A stretch of 64,000 bases of DNA from positions 62,001 to 126,000 of the forward strand of contig JBBIQV010000002.1 in assembly GCA_037442105.1 (NCBI GenBank), given 5' to 3'. The notes under the pieces are model-generated. The model ran no database searches and had not been told where the DNA came from. It was given only the letters and a program-made list of their open reading frames with translations. Positions 38,512 to 47,053 of the stretch are shown here, piece by piece (position 1 is the stretch's first letter; every line of letters begins with the position of its first letter). The translations under genes were made by a program, and so were the position numbers. This DNA comes from Nitrospiraceae bacterium (GTDB taxonomy: Bacteria; Nitrospirota; Nitrospiria; Nitrospirales; Nitrospiraceae).

Positions 38512-39848
38512 TGGATCACGATGGAGAGAACCCGACCGCTAGCCGGCCGGCGCCGAGCGCGCCGGCCTCTGCGCTGGATCTGCAGGAGTTGAAAGGGCGC
38601 GTGCGCGAGCGGTTACTCGACCAACTGAACTTTACCGCGATGGCTGCCGTGGATCATGACGTGTTGCGCGGCCAGCTCGCGATCTTGATCATGCAGAATC
38701 TGGAAGAGCTCGAGGTGCCGCTCAATGTGGCCGAGCTGGGACACTTCGTCAGGGACATTCAAAACGAAATCCTTGGGCTGGGGCCTCTCGAATCGCTGCT
38801 CGAAGATTCGGCTGTGTGCGACATTCTGGTCAATACGTACCGGCAGGTATATGTCGAGCGGGCGGGCCGGCTCGAGCTGACGCCGGTCCGGTTTCGGGAC
38901 AACACCCATCTTCGCGAAGTGATTGAAAAGATCGTCGCCAGAGTGGGCCGCCGGATCGACGAGTCGTCGCCGATGGTGGACGCGAGATTGACCGATGGGT
39001 CCCGCGTCAACGCGATCATCCCGCCCCTGGCCGTGGACGGGCCCATCCTGTCCATCCGGAAGTTCAACAAGAACATGCTGGGGCTGGAAGACCTGGTCGG
39101 CATGCACGCCTTGACCAAGCCCATGGGGGAACTGTTGAAAGCGATCGTGCGTGTCCGGTTGAGCACGGTGATTTCCGGCGGGACCGGGTCCGGCAAAACC
39201 ACGCTCCTCAATATCTTGTCGGGCTTCATTCCCGCCAACGAACGCATCATCACCATTGAGGATTCCGCTGAGCTCCAACTGCGCCAAGAGCATGTCGTGC
39301 GGCTCGAGACAAGAATCGCGAACGTCGAGGGGAAAGGCGAAGTGACTCAACGCGACTTGGTTCGAAACAGTCTGCGCATGCGGCCGGACCGCATCATTCT
39401 CGGAGAGGTCCGGGCTGCCGAGGCGCTCGACATGTTGCAGGCAATGAATACCGGCCATGACGGATCGCTGGCGACCGTCCATGCGAACAGCCCTCGCGAT
39501 GCCGTCGCGCGAATCGAGACCATGGTGGCGATGGCGAGTCTCAACCTTCCCCCGCACGCCATCCGGCAGCAGATCGCGTCCGCGCTGGACGTGGTCGTGC
39601 AAGTTCAGCGTCTGGCCGACGGAAAGCGCAAGGTCATGAGCATCCAGGAAGTGGCCGGCCTCGACGGAGATTCGGTCTTGCTGCAGGAAGTCTTCACGTT
39701 CGAACAAACGGGCCTTGATCCCCAGGGAAAGGTGAAGGGACGGTTCCGGGCGACCGGAGTCAGACCCAAATTCATGGAGAAATTACAAGCGGCCGGCATG
39801 ACGGTGCATCCGAAGCTGTTCGATCCGGCGAACGTCGAGGAGTGTTAG
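38508..39848 (+). CDS. cpaF: Flp pilus assembly ATPase CpaF/TadA
   Basis: GLGPLE, GGTGSGKTT, IEDSAEL, LRMRPDRIILGEVR, MNTGHDGS. Confidence 0.96.
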   Translation: MMDHDGENPTASRPAPSAPASALDLQELKGRVRERLLDQLNFTAMAAVDHDVLRGQLAILIMQNLEELEVPLNVAELGHFVRDIQNEILGLGPLESLLEDSAVCDILVNTYRQVYVERAGRLELTPVRFRDNTHLREVIEKIVARVGRRIDESSPMVDARLTDGSRVNAIIPPLAVDGPILSIRKFNKNMLGLEDLVGMHALTKPMGELLKAIVRVRLSTVISGGTGSGKTTLLNILSGFIPANERIITIEDSAELQLRQEHVVRLETRIANVEGKGEVTQRDLVRNSLRMRPDRIILGEVRAAEALDMLQAMNTGHDGSLATVHANSPRDAVARIETMVAMASLNLPPHAIRQQIASALDVVVQVQRLADGKRKVMSIQEVAGLDGDSVLLQEVFTFEQTGLDPQGKVKGRFRATGVRPKFMEKLQAAGMTVHPKLFDPANVEEC

Positions 39849-39851
39849 CCC

Positions 39852-40808
39852 ATGGTTCCAATGCTGATTTCCGTCGGGCTCGCGGTCGTCATTGTCTTGC
39901 TGGGGCGGGGTCTCTACTGGATGGCAGTTTCGCCCGAGCGCGATGGGGAGTGCGAGCCGGACGAGTCGACTGTTGTCCCGATGTCGGCCGTCCTGGATAA
40001 CTCCGTTTCCATTGTGAAGCGCCCGGCGACAAGCAGGACCGGTCAGTCGCTCTTGGGCCGGCTGCAAGGCCGGCCGGCAGAGGCTTCCGCGGATGAGAAA
40101 GGATCGCACGGAGGTTCCACGAGCAGGACACGTTGGTGGGCAGTCATGCTGGCGGGAGGGACGGTGCTGCTGGCCGTGGGAGCGTTCAGCCTATGGGGTG
40201 CTGTCGTCGCTGCGGTGGTAGGGGCGTTGGCGCCTTCGTTGCTGGCTGCGCGGAGAATCGCTCAGCGACGGGCGAAGTGTCTTCAGCAGTTTCCGGCTGC
40301 GCTGGATCTCATGAGTCGCTCCCTCCGGGCCGGGCACGCGTTGATCGAGAGCATCCGCTCGGTCGCCGACGAAAGCCCCGACCCCATGGGCGAAGAATTT
40401 CGGTCGATCGTGAGCGCGGTGCAATATGGCGTGAGCTTGCCTGACGCCTTGAAAGATTTGGCGGCACGGGTGGACTCGGGCGCCATGAAGTTTTTCGTGA
40501 CCTCGCTCATCATTCAGCGGGAAACCGGCGGCAATTTGGTCGAGATCATCGATTTCATCAGCCGGCTCACGCGGAAGCAGTTCGAATGGGAAGCGCGGAT
40601 CCGGGCGCTCTCCGCCGAGGGACGATTTTCCGTCAATGTCTTGCTCGCGCTCCCGGTCGTCGTGGGAATTCTGCTCTTCATCCTGAATCCTGGGTACCTG
40701 CGGCCTCTCTTCACAGAACCCGCGGGCCAGACGCTCCTGATGGGGGGTGTAGTGTTGGCCATTCTTGGAGTGGTGGTGACTCAGCGGATGGTAAGGGTGC
40801 AAGTATAG
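39852..40808 (+). CDS. tadB: TadB (T2SS F-domain) inner-membrane protein
   Basis: QFPAALDLMSRSLRAGH, IQRETGGNL, ALSAEGR. Confidence 0.92.
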   Translation: MVPMLISVGLAVVIVLLGRGLYWMAVSPERDGECEPDESTVVPMSAVLDNSVSIVKRPATSRTGQSLLGRLQGRPAEASADEKGSHGGSTSRTRWWAVMLAGGTVLLAVGAFSLWGAVVAAVVGALAPSLLAARRIAQRRAKCLQQFPAALDLMSRSLRAGHALIESIRSVADESPDPMGEEFRSIVSAVQYGVSLPDALKDLAARVDSGAMKFFVTSLIIQRETGGNLVEIIDFISRLTRKQFEWEARIRALSAEGRFSVNVLLALPVVVGILLFILNPGYLRPLFTEPAGQTLLMGGVVLAILGVVVTQRMVRVQV

Positions 40809-40809
40809 A

Positions 40810-40887
40810 GTGGGTGATGGGTGATGGGTGATTCGGAGCCAATCACTCATTACTTACGAATCACTGATCACTCATCACCAATCACGG
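40810..40887. repeat. Heptamer-unit hairpin, family D (GGTGATG)
   Basis: gggtgat gggtgat gggtgat ... aatcact cattact ... aatcact gatcact catcacc aatcac; same family at 61477. Confidence 0.85.
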
Positions 40888-40897
40888 GGTGTCGATC

Positions 40898-41839
40898 ATG
40901 GGATCATTGGTTGCCATCAGCGTGTTGGCCTTCGTCACGAGCGTGCTCGGAACCTGGGGGGCCAGCGCCTATTGGGATGAGTGGCGCCGGCTCAGGGCCT
41001 GGCGTGGTCGGATCCTCGGCGCGCCGGAGCCTGTTCGGTTTCTGCCGCTGCTGACTCCGATAGTAGAGACGGCGTTGCGGACTTTGGAGCGAGTGGGGCG
41101 GGCGGTCCCATCCGGCGAACCGGTCGATCTTGCCCATCTGCCCAATCTGTATGTGGCCGCCGGCTATCGGGACCCGCGCGTCCCGTATCTGTTCAGTGGG
41201 GGAAGAGTTGTGGCTCTCTGTCTGTTGCCTACTGCGCTGCTTGGACTCAACGCGCTTCTCTCCCAAGCTCTGACCGGTGTGTCTCTGCTGTGGAGTACTG
41301 TGGGGCTTGCGCTGGTTGGGTGGTATGGGCCGGGGCTCTGGCTTTGCCATCAAGTGGATCAAAGGAAGCAACGGATTCTGAAAGCGTTTCCGGATGCGCT
41401 CGATTTGCTGGTGGTGTCCGTGGAAGCCGGGCTTGCGCTCGATTCGGCGGTGAGTCGGGTTGCGCAGGAAATTCACCTGGCTCACGCAGAATTGGGTGAA
41501 GAGTTGCAGCGGATGGCGTTGGAGCTTCGCGCCGGCCGGGGACGCCAACAGGCGATGAGAAATCTCGGCCTCCGCACGCAAGTTGATGAGGTGCAGAGTT
41601 TTGCGTCGATGCTTATCCAGACCGAACGGTTCGGGACCAGTCTGACCCAGTCCCTGCGTGTTCACTCGGAAGGGATCAGGACGCAGCAGCAGTTGAAAGC
41701 CGAAGAGCTCGCAGCGAAATTACCCGTCAAATTGCTGTTTCCGTTGATCGTGTTCATTCTTCCGTTGGTGTTCCTGATCGTGCTCGGGCCGGTCTTGCTG
41801 CAAGGCCTGCGATTCCTGCTCCCATCTGCAGAACAGTGA
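40898..41839 (+). CDS. tadC: TadC inner-membrane protein
   Basis: FPDALDLLVVSVEAGL, LIQTERFGTS, AAKLPVKLLFPL. Confidence 0.92.
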   Translation: MGSLVAISVLAFVTSVLGTWGASAYWDEWRRLRAWRGRILGAPEPVRFLPLLTPIVETALRTLERVGRAVPSGEPVDLAHLPNLYVAAGYRDPRVPYLFSGGRVVALCLLPTALLGLNALLSQALTGVSLLWSTVGLALVGWYGPGLWLCHQVDQRKQRILKAFPDALDLLVVSVEAGLALDSAVSRVAQEIHLAHAELGEELQRMALELRAGRGRQQAMRNLGLRTQVDEVQSFASMLIQTERFGTSLTQSLRVHSEGIRTQQQLKAEELAAKLPVKLLFPLIVFILPLVFLIVLGPVLLQGLRFLLPSAEQ

Positions 41840-41890
41840 GACCTGCGGCATGTCGGCTTCCTTGCAAAGGAGGGAAGGAGGACCAAAGTG

Positions 41891-42895
41891 ATGCGATTGA
41901 AAACAGCGAGCATGCGGAACGTATTGCCGGCGGTGTGGGGGCTGTGCCTGGTCACAGGGACCGGCTGTGTCCATTCGGAGGTCCTGCACAACCGCCTGTC
42001 CGAGACCGGTTCGATGGAACGTCGAACCGATGCTCATCAGACGGCATCGGCCCCGTCGGATGAGCCGTCTGAACTATCCGATACCGGCAAGGACGAGCAT
42101 GAGCGGTTGGGGGATACGTTCGCCCGCCAGGGGAATTGGACGTTGTCCTTGTTGCATTACGAACGGGCGATTCGGATGGACCCTCACCAGACCAGAGTGC
42201 GATATAAAAGAGGGTTGCTCTACCTCGGGCATGGATTGGCCGATGAAGCCGAAGCGGAATTCCGGACGATTCTACGCGACGACCCGCGGCACGCCCTGGC
42301 GCTGACCGGTTTGGGACGGGCCTTTCTTCAACGCGGCCAGTTTCGGCAAGCCGGTGAGTCTGTGCAGCGGGCGCTGGGGGAGGATCCCGGCTCGTGGAGA
42401 GCCCATGCGTTGCTCGGCATGGTCTACGATTATCAACGACAGCACGAGCAGGCGGTTGCCGAATATGAGGCAGCACTTCGGATCAAGCCGGATCAGCCGC
42501 AACTCCACAACAATCTGGGAAGAGCGTGGTATTTGGCGGGCCAATACAAACAAGCGGTTCACCATTTCGAACAAGCGCTGAAAGTCGGGCAGTCCGACCC
42601 TCACACGTATAACAACCTCGGCCTGGCGTTGGCGATGCAGCGCGCCTATGGCCCGGCGTGGGATGCATTCAGGAAAGCGGGATCGGAGCCGCAGGCGTTC
42701 TACAATCTCGGAGTCGCCCTCCTCGAAGCAGGGCGGGCGAAACAAGCATTGGCTTGTTTCACGAAGGCTATGGACGGCAGCCCAAGTTTTTACGAGCGGG
42801 CCCACGAACACTATACGCTCGCCCAGTCCATCCTACGCAAGGAGCATCCAAAGCAGTCTTCACGCCGCGATGAGCCTGATGCTGAGTGTCTGTGA
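41891..42895 (+). CDS. tadD: TadD-like TPR lipoprotein
   Basis: Lipobox GTGC and multiple TPRs (HNNLG, YNNLG, YNLG); last gene of the Tad cluster. Confidence 0.8.
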   Translation: MRLKTASMRNVLPAVWGLCLVTGTGCVHSEVLHNRLSETGSMERRTDAHQTASAPSDEPSELSDTGKDEHERLGDTFARQGNWTLSLLHYERAIRMDPHQTRVRYKRGLLYLGHGLADEAEAEFRTILRDDPRHALALTGLGRAFLQRGQFRQAGESVQRALGEDPGSWRAHALLGMVYDYQRQHEQAVAEYEAALRIKPDQPQLHNNLGRAWYLAGQYKQAVHHFEQALKVGQSDPHTYNNLGLALAMQRAYGPAWDAFRKAGSEPQAFYNLGVALLEAGRAKQALACFTKAMDGSPSFYERAHEHYTLAQSILRKEHPKQSSRRDEPDAECL

Positions 42896-42922
42896 CGAGC
42901 ATCGTCTGCCCGGTCCTTTCAT

Positions 42923-43028
42923 CCTGACGCGCTCGCCGTCGACCGAGCGAATAGCTGATAGCGAATAGCCTGAAACGGCGGAGAGGCTGGCCGGCGATTT
43001 GGAGCTACCCGCTGCTTGCTACTTGCTC
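42923..43028. repeat. Right imperfect direct repeat of the Tad region, including a family C heptamer hairpin
   Basis: cctgacgcgctcgccgtcgaccgagcgaatagc...ggagctacccgctgcttgct; the last 20 nt are identical to 32794-32813. Confidence 0.8.
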
Positions 43029-43378
43029 GCAGTGTTCCTGAACAGCCACGATCCGTAAAGTCCTGCCATGGCGATCGTCACCAACTCGATGGTGAGCAGA
43101 AGGCGGCTGACGATAGCGTCCGGCCGCGGCGGGGTCAGAATGAATGCAAAGCCGAGGAACTCAGGCGGCTGTGTCGGCGGGCTTTCCCACGGGGGAAAGA
43201 TCAGGGCCAAGAGCAGTGCTGCCACCATCGCATAAAGAATCTGCAGATTGAGCTGTTGGCTGCTCGCGTCGCGTGAGGGATCGGAACTTGGCTGAGGTGA
43301 TTCGACCCGTGCGCCGCACTGGGTACAGAAACGGCTGATTTCGGGAAGAAGCCGACCGCAGGCATCGCACTGTTTCAT
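43019..43378 (-). CDS. Zinc-ribbon membrane protein
   Basis: CDACG...FCTQCG followed by two TM segments. Confidence 0.8.
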   Translation of the reverse strand: MKQCDACGRLLPEISRFCTQCGARVESPQPSSDPSRDASSQQLNLQILYAMVAALLLALIFPPWESPPTQPPEFLGFAFILTPPRPDAIVSRLLLTIELVTIAMAGLYGSWLFRNTASK

Positions 43379-43526
43379 CGCGCGTCCCCAAGGATACGCA
43401 TTCGAGCTGAATGCAGCGTACACGGGTGCGGCTCAGGTTGTCGAGTGTGCGGGGTAGTGAACGGGGGAACGTACGGATTGTTCGAGAGAAGATAGCGATG
43501 AAAGCGCAGTTCGCGGCTCTCCGGTC

Positions 43527-44264
43527 TTAGAAATGGTAGCTGATGCCGAACACAACGTGATGCATGCTGTAGGTCCCATTAAAGCCAAATTGGTTATCGT
43601 TCTCCCTGAAATAGAACCGTGTGTAGTTGTACTTCCATTCCCCGAACGCCCCAAGCCGTTTAGTGATGAAGTACTCCACGCCGGCTTTTGTGTTGAGTCC
43701 CAGTCTCGTGCTGGACTGGGAACCGGGGGAACTGGGGTCGGTGCTATGGACCGAAGCGAAGAAGACTCCCGGTCCGATGCCGAAATAAGGTTGCAGTCTT
43801 GCTTTCGGATAGCGGAACATGAAATTCACCGGAGCCCACGTCAATACACGGAAATGGTCGCCGGCCAGGACCCCTGTAGCAGTACCTCCCGTGACTGTCG
43901 TGCCTGGAATATCGGCTGTGGCCCCAGGGGGGATTGTGATTGTGGCCTTCTGTTGTTTGATATGCGGAGTCGTGTTGAAGATTTCTGTTTCGAGTCCAAA
44001 CCAGCGGACCGTCGGCATGTAGAACCCAAGCTTTGCGCCAAAGAGGATGGAACTCTTCAATGCTCGATCAGAGAAGGACCCAGGGGGAGAAACACTCGTG
44101 AACTCAACGTCCGTGAGCCCTTTTCCTGCAGAGGGGAGTGAGAGCCCGAATTGTCCTGCGATGTAGGCTTCGCCATACGTGTCCGGTACAAAGGGAACAC
44201 CGGAGGATAAAGCCAGAACCACTGTGAATACGCACCAGAGACCGGCTCCATATAATCTGGCCAT
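43527..44264 (-). CDS. Outer-membrane beta-barrel protein
   Basis: Signal peptide, amphipathic strands (QPYFGIGPG, GEWKYNY), C-terminal ISYHF. Confidence 0.85.
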   Translation of the reverse strand: MARLYGAGLWCVFTVVLALSSGVPFVPDTYGEAYIAGQFGLSLPSAGKGLTDVEFTSVSPPGSFSDRALKSSILFGAKLGFYMPTVRWFGLETEIFNTTPHIKQQKATITIPPGATADIPGTTVTGGTATGVLAGDHFRVLTWAPVNFMFRYPKARLQPYFGIGPGVFFASVHSTDPSSPGSQSSTRLGLNTKAGVEYFITKRLGAFGEWKYNYTRFYFRENDNQFGFNGTYSMHHVVFGISYHF

Positions 44265-44364
44265 CTGGACCCCCCCACATTTTCATCACCGCTTAAGCGA
44301 TTCGACTCGTCTTTCGATGCCTTGGCGGGACCGACCCAGCTCCCGCGATGTGCATAGAGGAAGA

Positions 44365-44381
44365 AGCAAGCCACGTGCCAA
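44365..44381 (-). promoter_or_regulatory. sigma54 -24/-12 promoter for the beta-barrel gene
   Basis: Minus strand TTGGCACGTGGCTTGCT, matching TGGCAC-N5-TTGC. Confidence 0.8.
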
Positions 44382-44469
44382 GTGAGGCCTGCTTAATCAT
44401 AGCGGTCGGCAGCTCACGCGCAAAGCAATTGTGAAGAGTCTGCAGAGACTTACAACGAACGACCATTCA

Positions 44470-44499
44470 TTGACAGTCTGAAGAGGCGGTTCCTATAAT
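44470..44499 (+). promoter_or_regulatory. sigma70 promoter for gpsA-larB
   Basis: TTGACA-N18-TATAAT. Confidence 0.75.
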
Positions 44500-44536
44500 C
44501 CGCTCGGCCTCACGCTTCCTGAGCTATTTGTCTTTC

Positions 44537-45556
44537 ATGTCCTCCATTCAGAAAATCGGCGTCATCGGAGCCGGCGCGTGGGGAACGGCGCTGGCTAAGC
44601 ATCTTGCGGAAAAGAGGCTCGACGTTCGACTGTGGGCCTACGAAGCCGAAGTCGTCGACGCGGTGACGGCCAAACGCGAGAACACGTTATACCTGCCGGG
44701 CGTACCGCTTCCGCCGTCCCTCGTTGCAACGAATGCTCTGGCACAGGCCGTTCAGGGGTGTGATGGTTTACTTTTCGTGGCACCCTCGCATGTGGCGCGG
44801 GCGGTATTGACGCAGATATCGCCTTTGTTGCCGGCGCCGGTTCCCTTGATCAGCGCGACGAAAGGCGTCGAGGAGGATTCCCTGAAACTCATGACGCAAG
44901 TGATGGCGGACGTCCTGCCGCCGGCCATGGAGCGGATGGTGATGGTACTCTCCGGGCCAAGTTTCGCATCCGAAGTGAGCCGTGGCCAGCCCACGGCGGT
45001 TTGCCTTGCAGGACGTGATCCCGGACTTGTCAGGACGTTTCAGCAGGTGTTCATGACGGCGACATTTCGCGTCTATGCCGATGACGACGTGATCGGCGTA
45101 CAACTCGGTGGTGCGCTCAAGAACGTGATGGCTTTGGCAGCCGGCGTGGTGGATGGTTTGGGTCTCGGACACAATGCGCGTGCGGCGCTGGTCACGCGAG
45201 GGTTGGCCGAGATGATCCGGCTTGGTGTGGCGATGGGGGCCGATGCGAGAACGTTCTACGGAATGTCGGGCGTGGGCGATCTGGTTCTGACCTGCACCGG
45301 CTCGTTAAGCCGGAATCACACGGTGGGGTTGCGGTTGGGAAGGGGTGAGCGACTCGAAGAGATCTTGATCGGCATGCAGGCCGTGGCCGAAGGTGTGCGG
45401 ACCGCCCGCGCAGCGCTGGGATTGGCAAGGCGGTACGGGGTTGAGATGCCGATCGTGCAGGAGATCAATGCGGTGTTGTTTGACGGCAAGCCCTGCCGGA
45501 AGGCCGTCGGCGATCTGATGGAACGAGATGCAAAGCTCGAAAAAGGGGCTGCATGA
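44537..45556 (+). CDS. gpsA: NAD(P)H-dependent glycerol-3-phosphate dehydrogenase
   Basis: GAGAWGTAL, ATKG, SGPSFA, GGALKNV, GDLVLTC...SRN. Confidence 0.96.
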   Translation: MSSIQKIGVIGAGAWGTALAKHLAEKRLDVRLWAYEAEVVDAVTAKRENTLYLPGVPLPPSLVATNALAQAVQGCDGLLFVAPSHVARAVLTQISPLLPAPVPLISATKGVEEDSLKLMTQVMADVLPPAMERMVMVLSGPSFASEVSRGQPTAVCLAGRDPGLVRTFQQVFMTATFRVYADDDVIGVQLGGALKNVMALAAGVVDGLGLGHNARAALVTRGLAEMIRLGVAMGADARTFYGMSGVGDLVLTCTGSLSRNHTVGLRLGRGERLEEILIGMQAVAEGVRTARAALGLARRYGVEMPIVQEINAVLFDGKPCRKAVGDLMERDAKLEKGAA

Positions 45557-46305
45557 ACCAGCACCAGTTGAAAACCCTGCTGGAGCAGCTTCGTGCTGGA
45601 ACGCTGAGCGTCGAGGGCACGATGAAGCGCTTGCGGACGTTGCCCTACGAAGATTTGGGTTTCGCCTCGCTCGACCATCACCGCTCGCTGCGGCAAGGAT
45701 TCCCGGAAGTCATCTTTTGTGAAGGAAAGACGAAAGCGCAAGTGTTGGCGATCGCCCGTGCGCTTCTGAAAAAGGGGGGGCCGCTCTTGGCGACTCGCGT
45801 GGAGCCGGCAATCGCAAACGCTCTGAGGCGGCTTGATCGGCGGGCGGTCTACCACGAAGCGGCGCGCGTGGTCGCGATTCGCGAGCCGAAGCGGAATGGG
45901 CATGGCCACGTGTTGGTCATGACCGCCGGCACGGCGGATATCCCAGTTGCGGAGGAGGCTCGGGTCACCGCGGAGGTGATGGGAAGTCGGGTCGAGTCGC
46001 TCTACGATGTGGGAGTGGCCGGTCTCCATCGGCTGCTGGACCGCCGCGATCGATTTATCGAGGCAAACGTGGTCATCGTGGTGGCCGGCATGGATGGGGT
46101 GCTGCCAAGCGTTGTGGGGGGATTCATTGATCGCCCGGTGATCGCGGTGCCCACAAGCCGAGGCTACGGAGCCAGCTTTGGCGGTCTCGCGCCGCTATTG
46201 ACGATGCTAAATTCTTGCGCGGCCGGCGTGGGAGTGATGAATATCGATAACGGATTCGGAGCGGGGTGTCTGGCGCATCGGATCAATATGCTGAGAGCGA
46301 AATAA
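45553..46305 (+). CDS. larB: Nickel-pincer cofactor biosynthesis protein LarB
   Basis: DHHR..RQGFPEVIFCEGK, AGTADIPVAEEA, DVGVAGLHR, VPTSRGYG, NIDNGFGA. Confidence 0.92.
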   Translation: MNQHQLKTLLEQLRAGTLSVEGTMKRLRTLPYEDLGFASLDHHRSLRQGFPEVIFCEGKTKAQVLAIARALLKKGGPLLATRVEPAIANALRRLDRRAVYHEAARVVAIREPKRNGHGHVLVMTAGTADIPVAEEARVTAEVMGSRVESLYDVGVAGLHRLLDRRDRFIEANVVIVVAGMDGVLPSVVGGFIDRPVIAVPTSRGYGASFGGLAPLLTMLNSCAAGVGVMNIDNGFGAGCLAHRINMLRAK

Positions 46306-46361
46306 GCTGTCAGCGATCAGCTTTCAGCTTCCGAGTGCTGACGGCTGAGAGCTGATGGCTA
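46305..46361. repeat. Heptamer-unit hairpin, family B, between convergent genes
   Basis: agctgtc agcgatc agctttc agc ... gctgacg gctgaga gctgatg gct. Confidence 0.85.
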
Positions 46362-46940
46362 TTTGACGACCAGCGTCCCTCGCCTGGGCCAGGATACCAT
46401 TTGCGTACGAGCCCCTTTCTCGCCCATCGTCAATAACTTCGCCCGCACTTCATAGTCGTAAGCGCCGGCCTGAGCGACCCGCTGGTGTTGGTCGTTCCCG
46501 TCCCAGGTCAAGACCACTTGGAGGCGCAAAGGCGAGGGCGGGGGATTGTCGGGTGGAACTGACTCGCTGGTTCCACCTTCCGGCGAGGATTCCGGCGTGC
46601 CATTGAGGAGGGTTTGAACGGGTTTCCGATCGGACAGGAAACGAAGGGAGGTTTTGGACGGCAGGCTCACAAGGGAAGACACCTCCAACACCGCGGCCTG
46701 GTCCAATTCTTTTGGGAGCTGAACCGTCACGGCAAACTCCAACGGCCCCTGTCCCGGCACATAGGGATTGGGAGCGATCTTGAGCTCAAGGATTTTCAGC
46801 TCGGGCTCAGGACGCGGAGGAGATTTCTGCTTATTCTTGGCCAAGCCGTCCGAGGGAGGCAGACCTAACCAGGCGACCACGGCCATGATGCCGATCAGGT
46901 TTGAAAATCTGGAATTGTGAAAGCCGGTTTGATGGTCCAT
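46359..46940 (-). CDS. Exported hypothetical protein (FlgD Ig-like C-terminus possible)
   Basis: Signal-like N-terminus; WDGND....AGAY.Y pattern. Confidence 0.7.
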   Translation of the reverse strand: MDHQTGFHNSRFSNLIGIMAVVAWLGLPPSDGLAKNKQKSPPRPEPELKILELKIAPNPYVPGQGPLEFAVTVQLPKELDQAAVLEVSSLVSLPSKTSLRFLSDRKPVQTLLNGTPESSPEGGTSESVPPDNPPPSPLRLQVVLTWDGNDQHQRVAQAGAYDYEVRAKLLTMGEKGARTQMVSWPRRGTLVVK

Positions 46941-47053
46941 CAGGAAAATCTTGATTCAGATAACATAGCAAAGAGGTCTCGTCAAACATTCATGGGCTCA
47001 TTGCTGTCTGCAAGGGCCTTGGGTAAGATGGGCGCGGCCTGCTGAGGACACAC

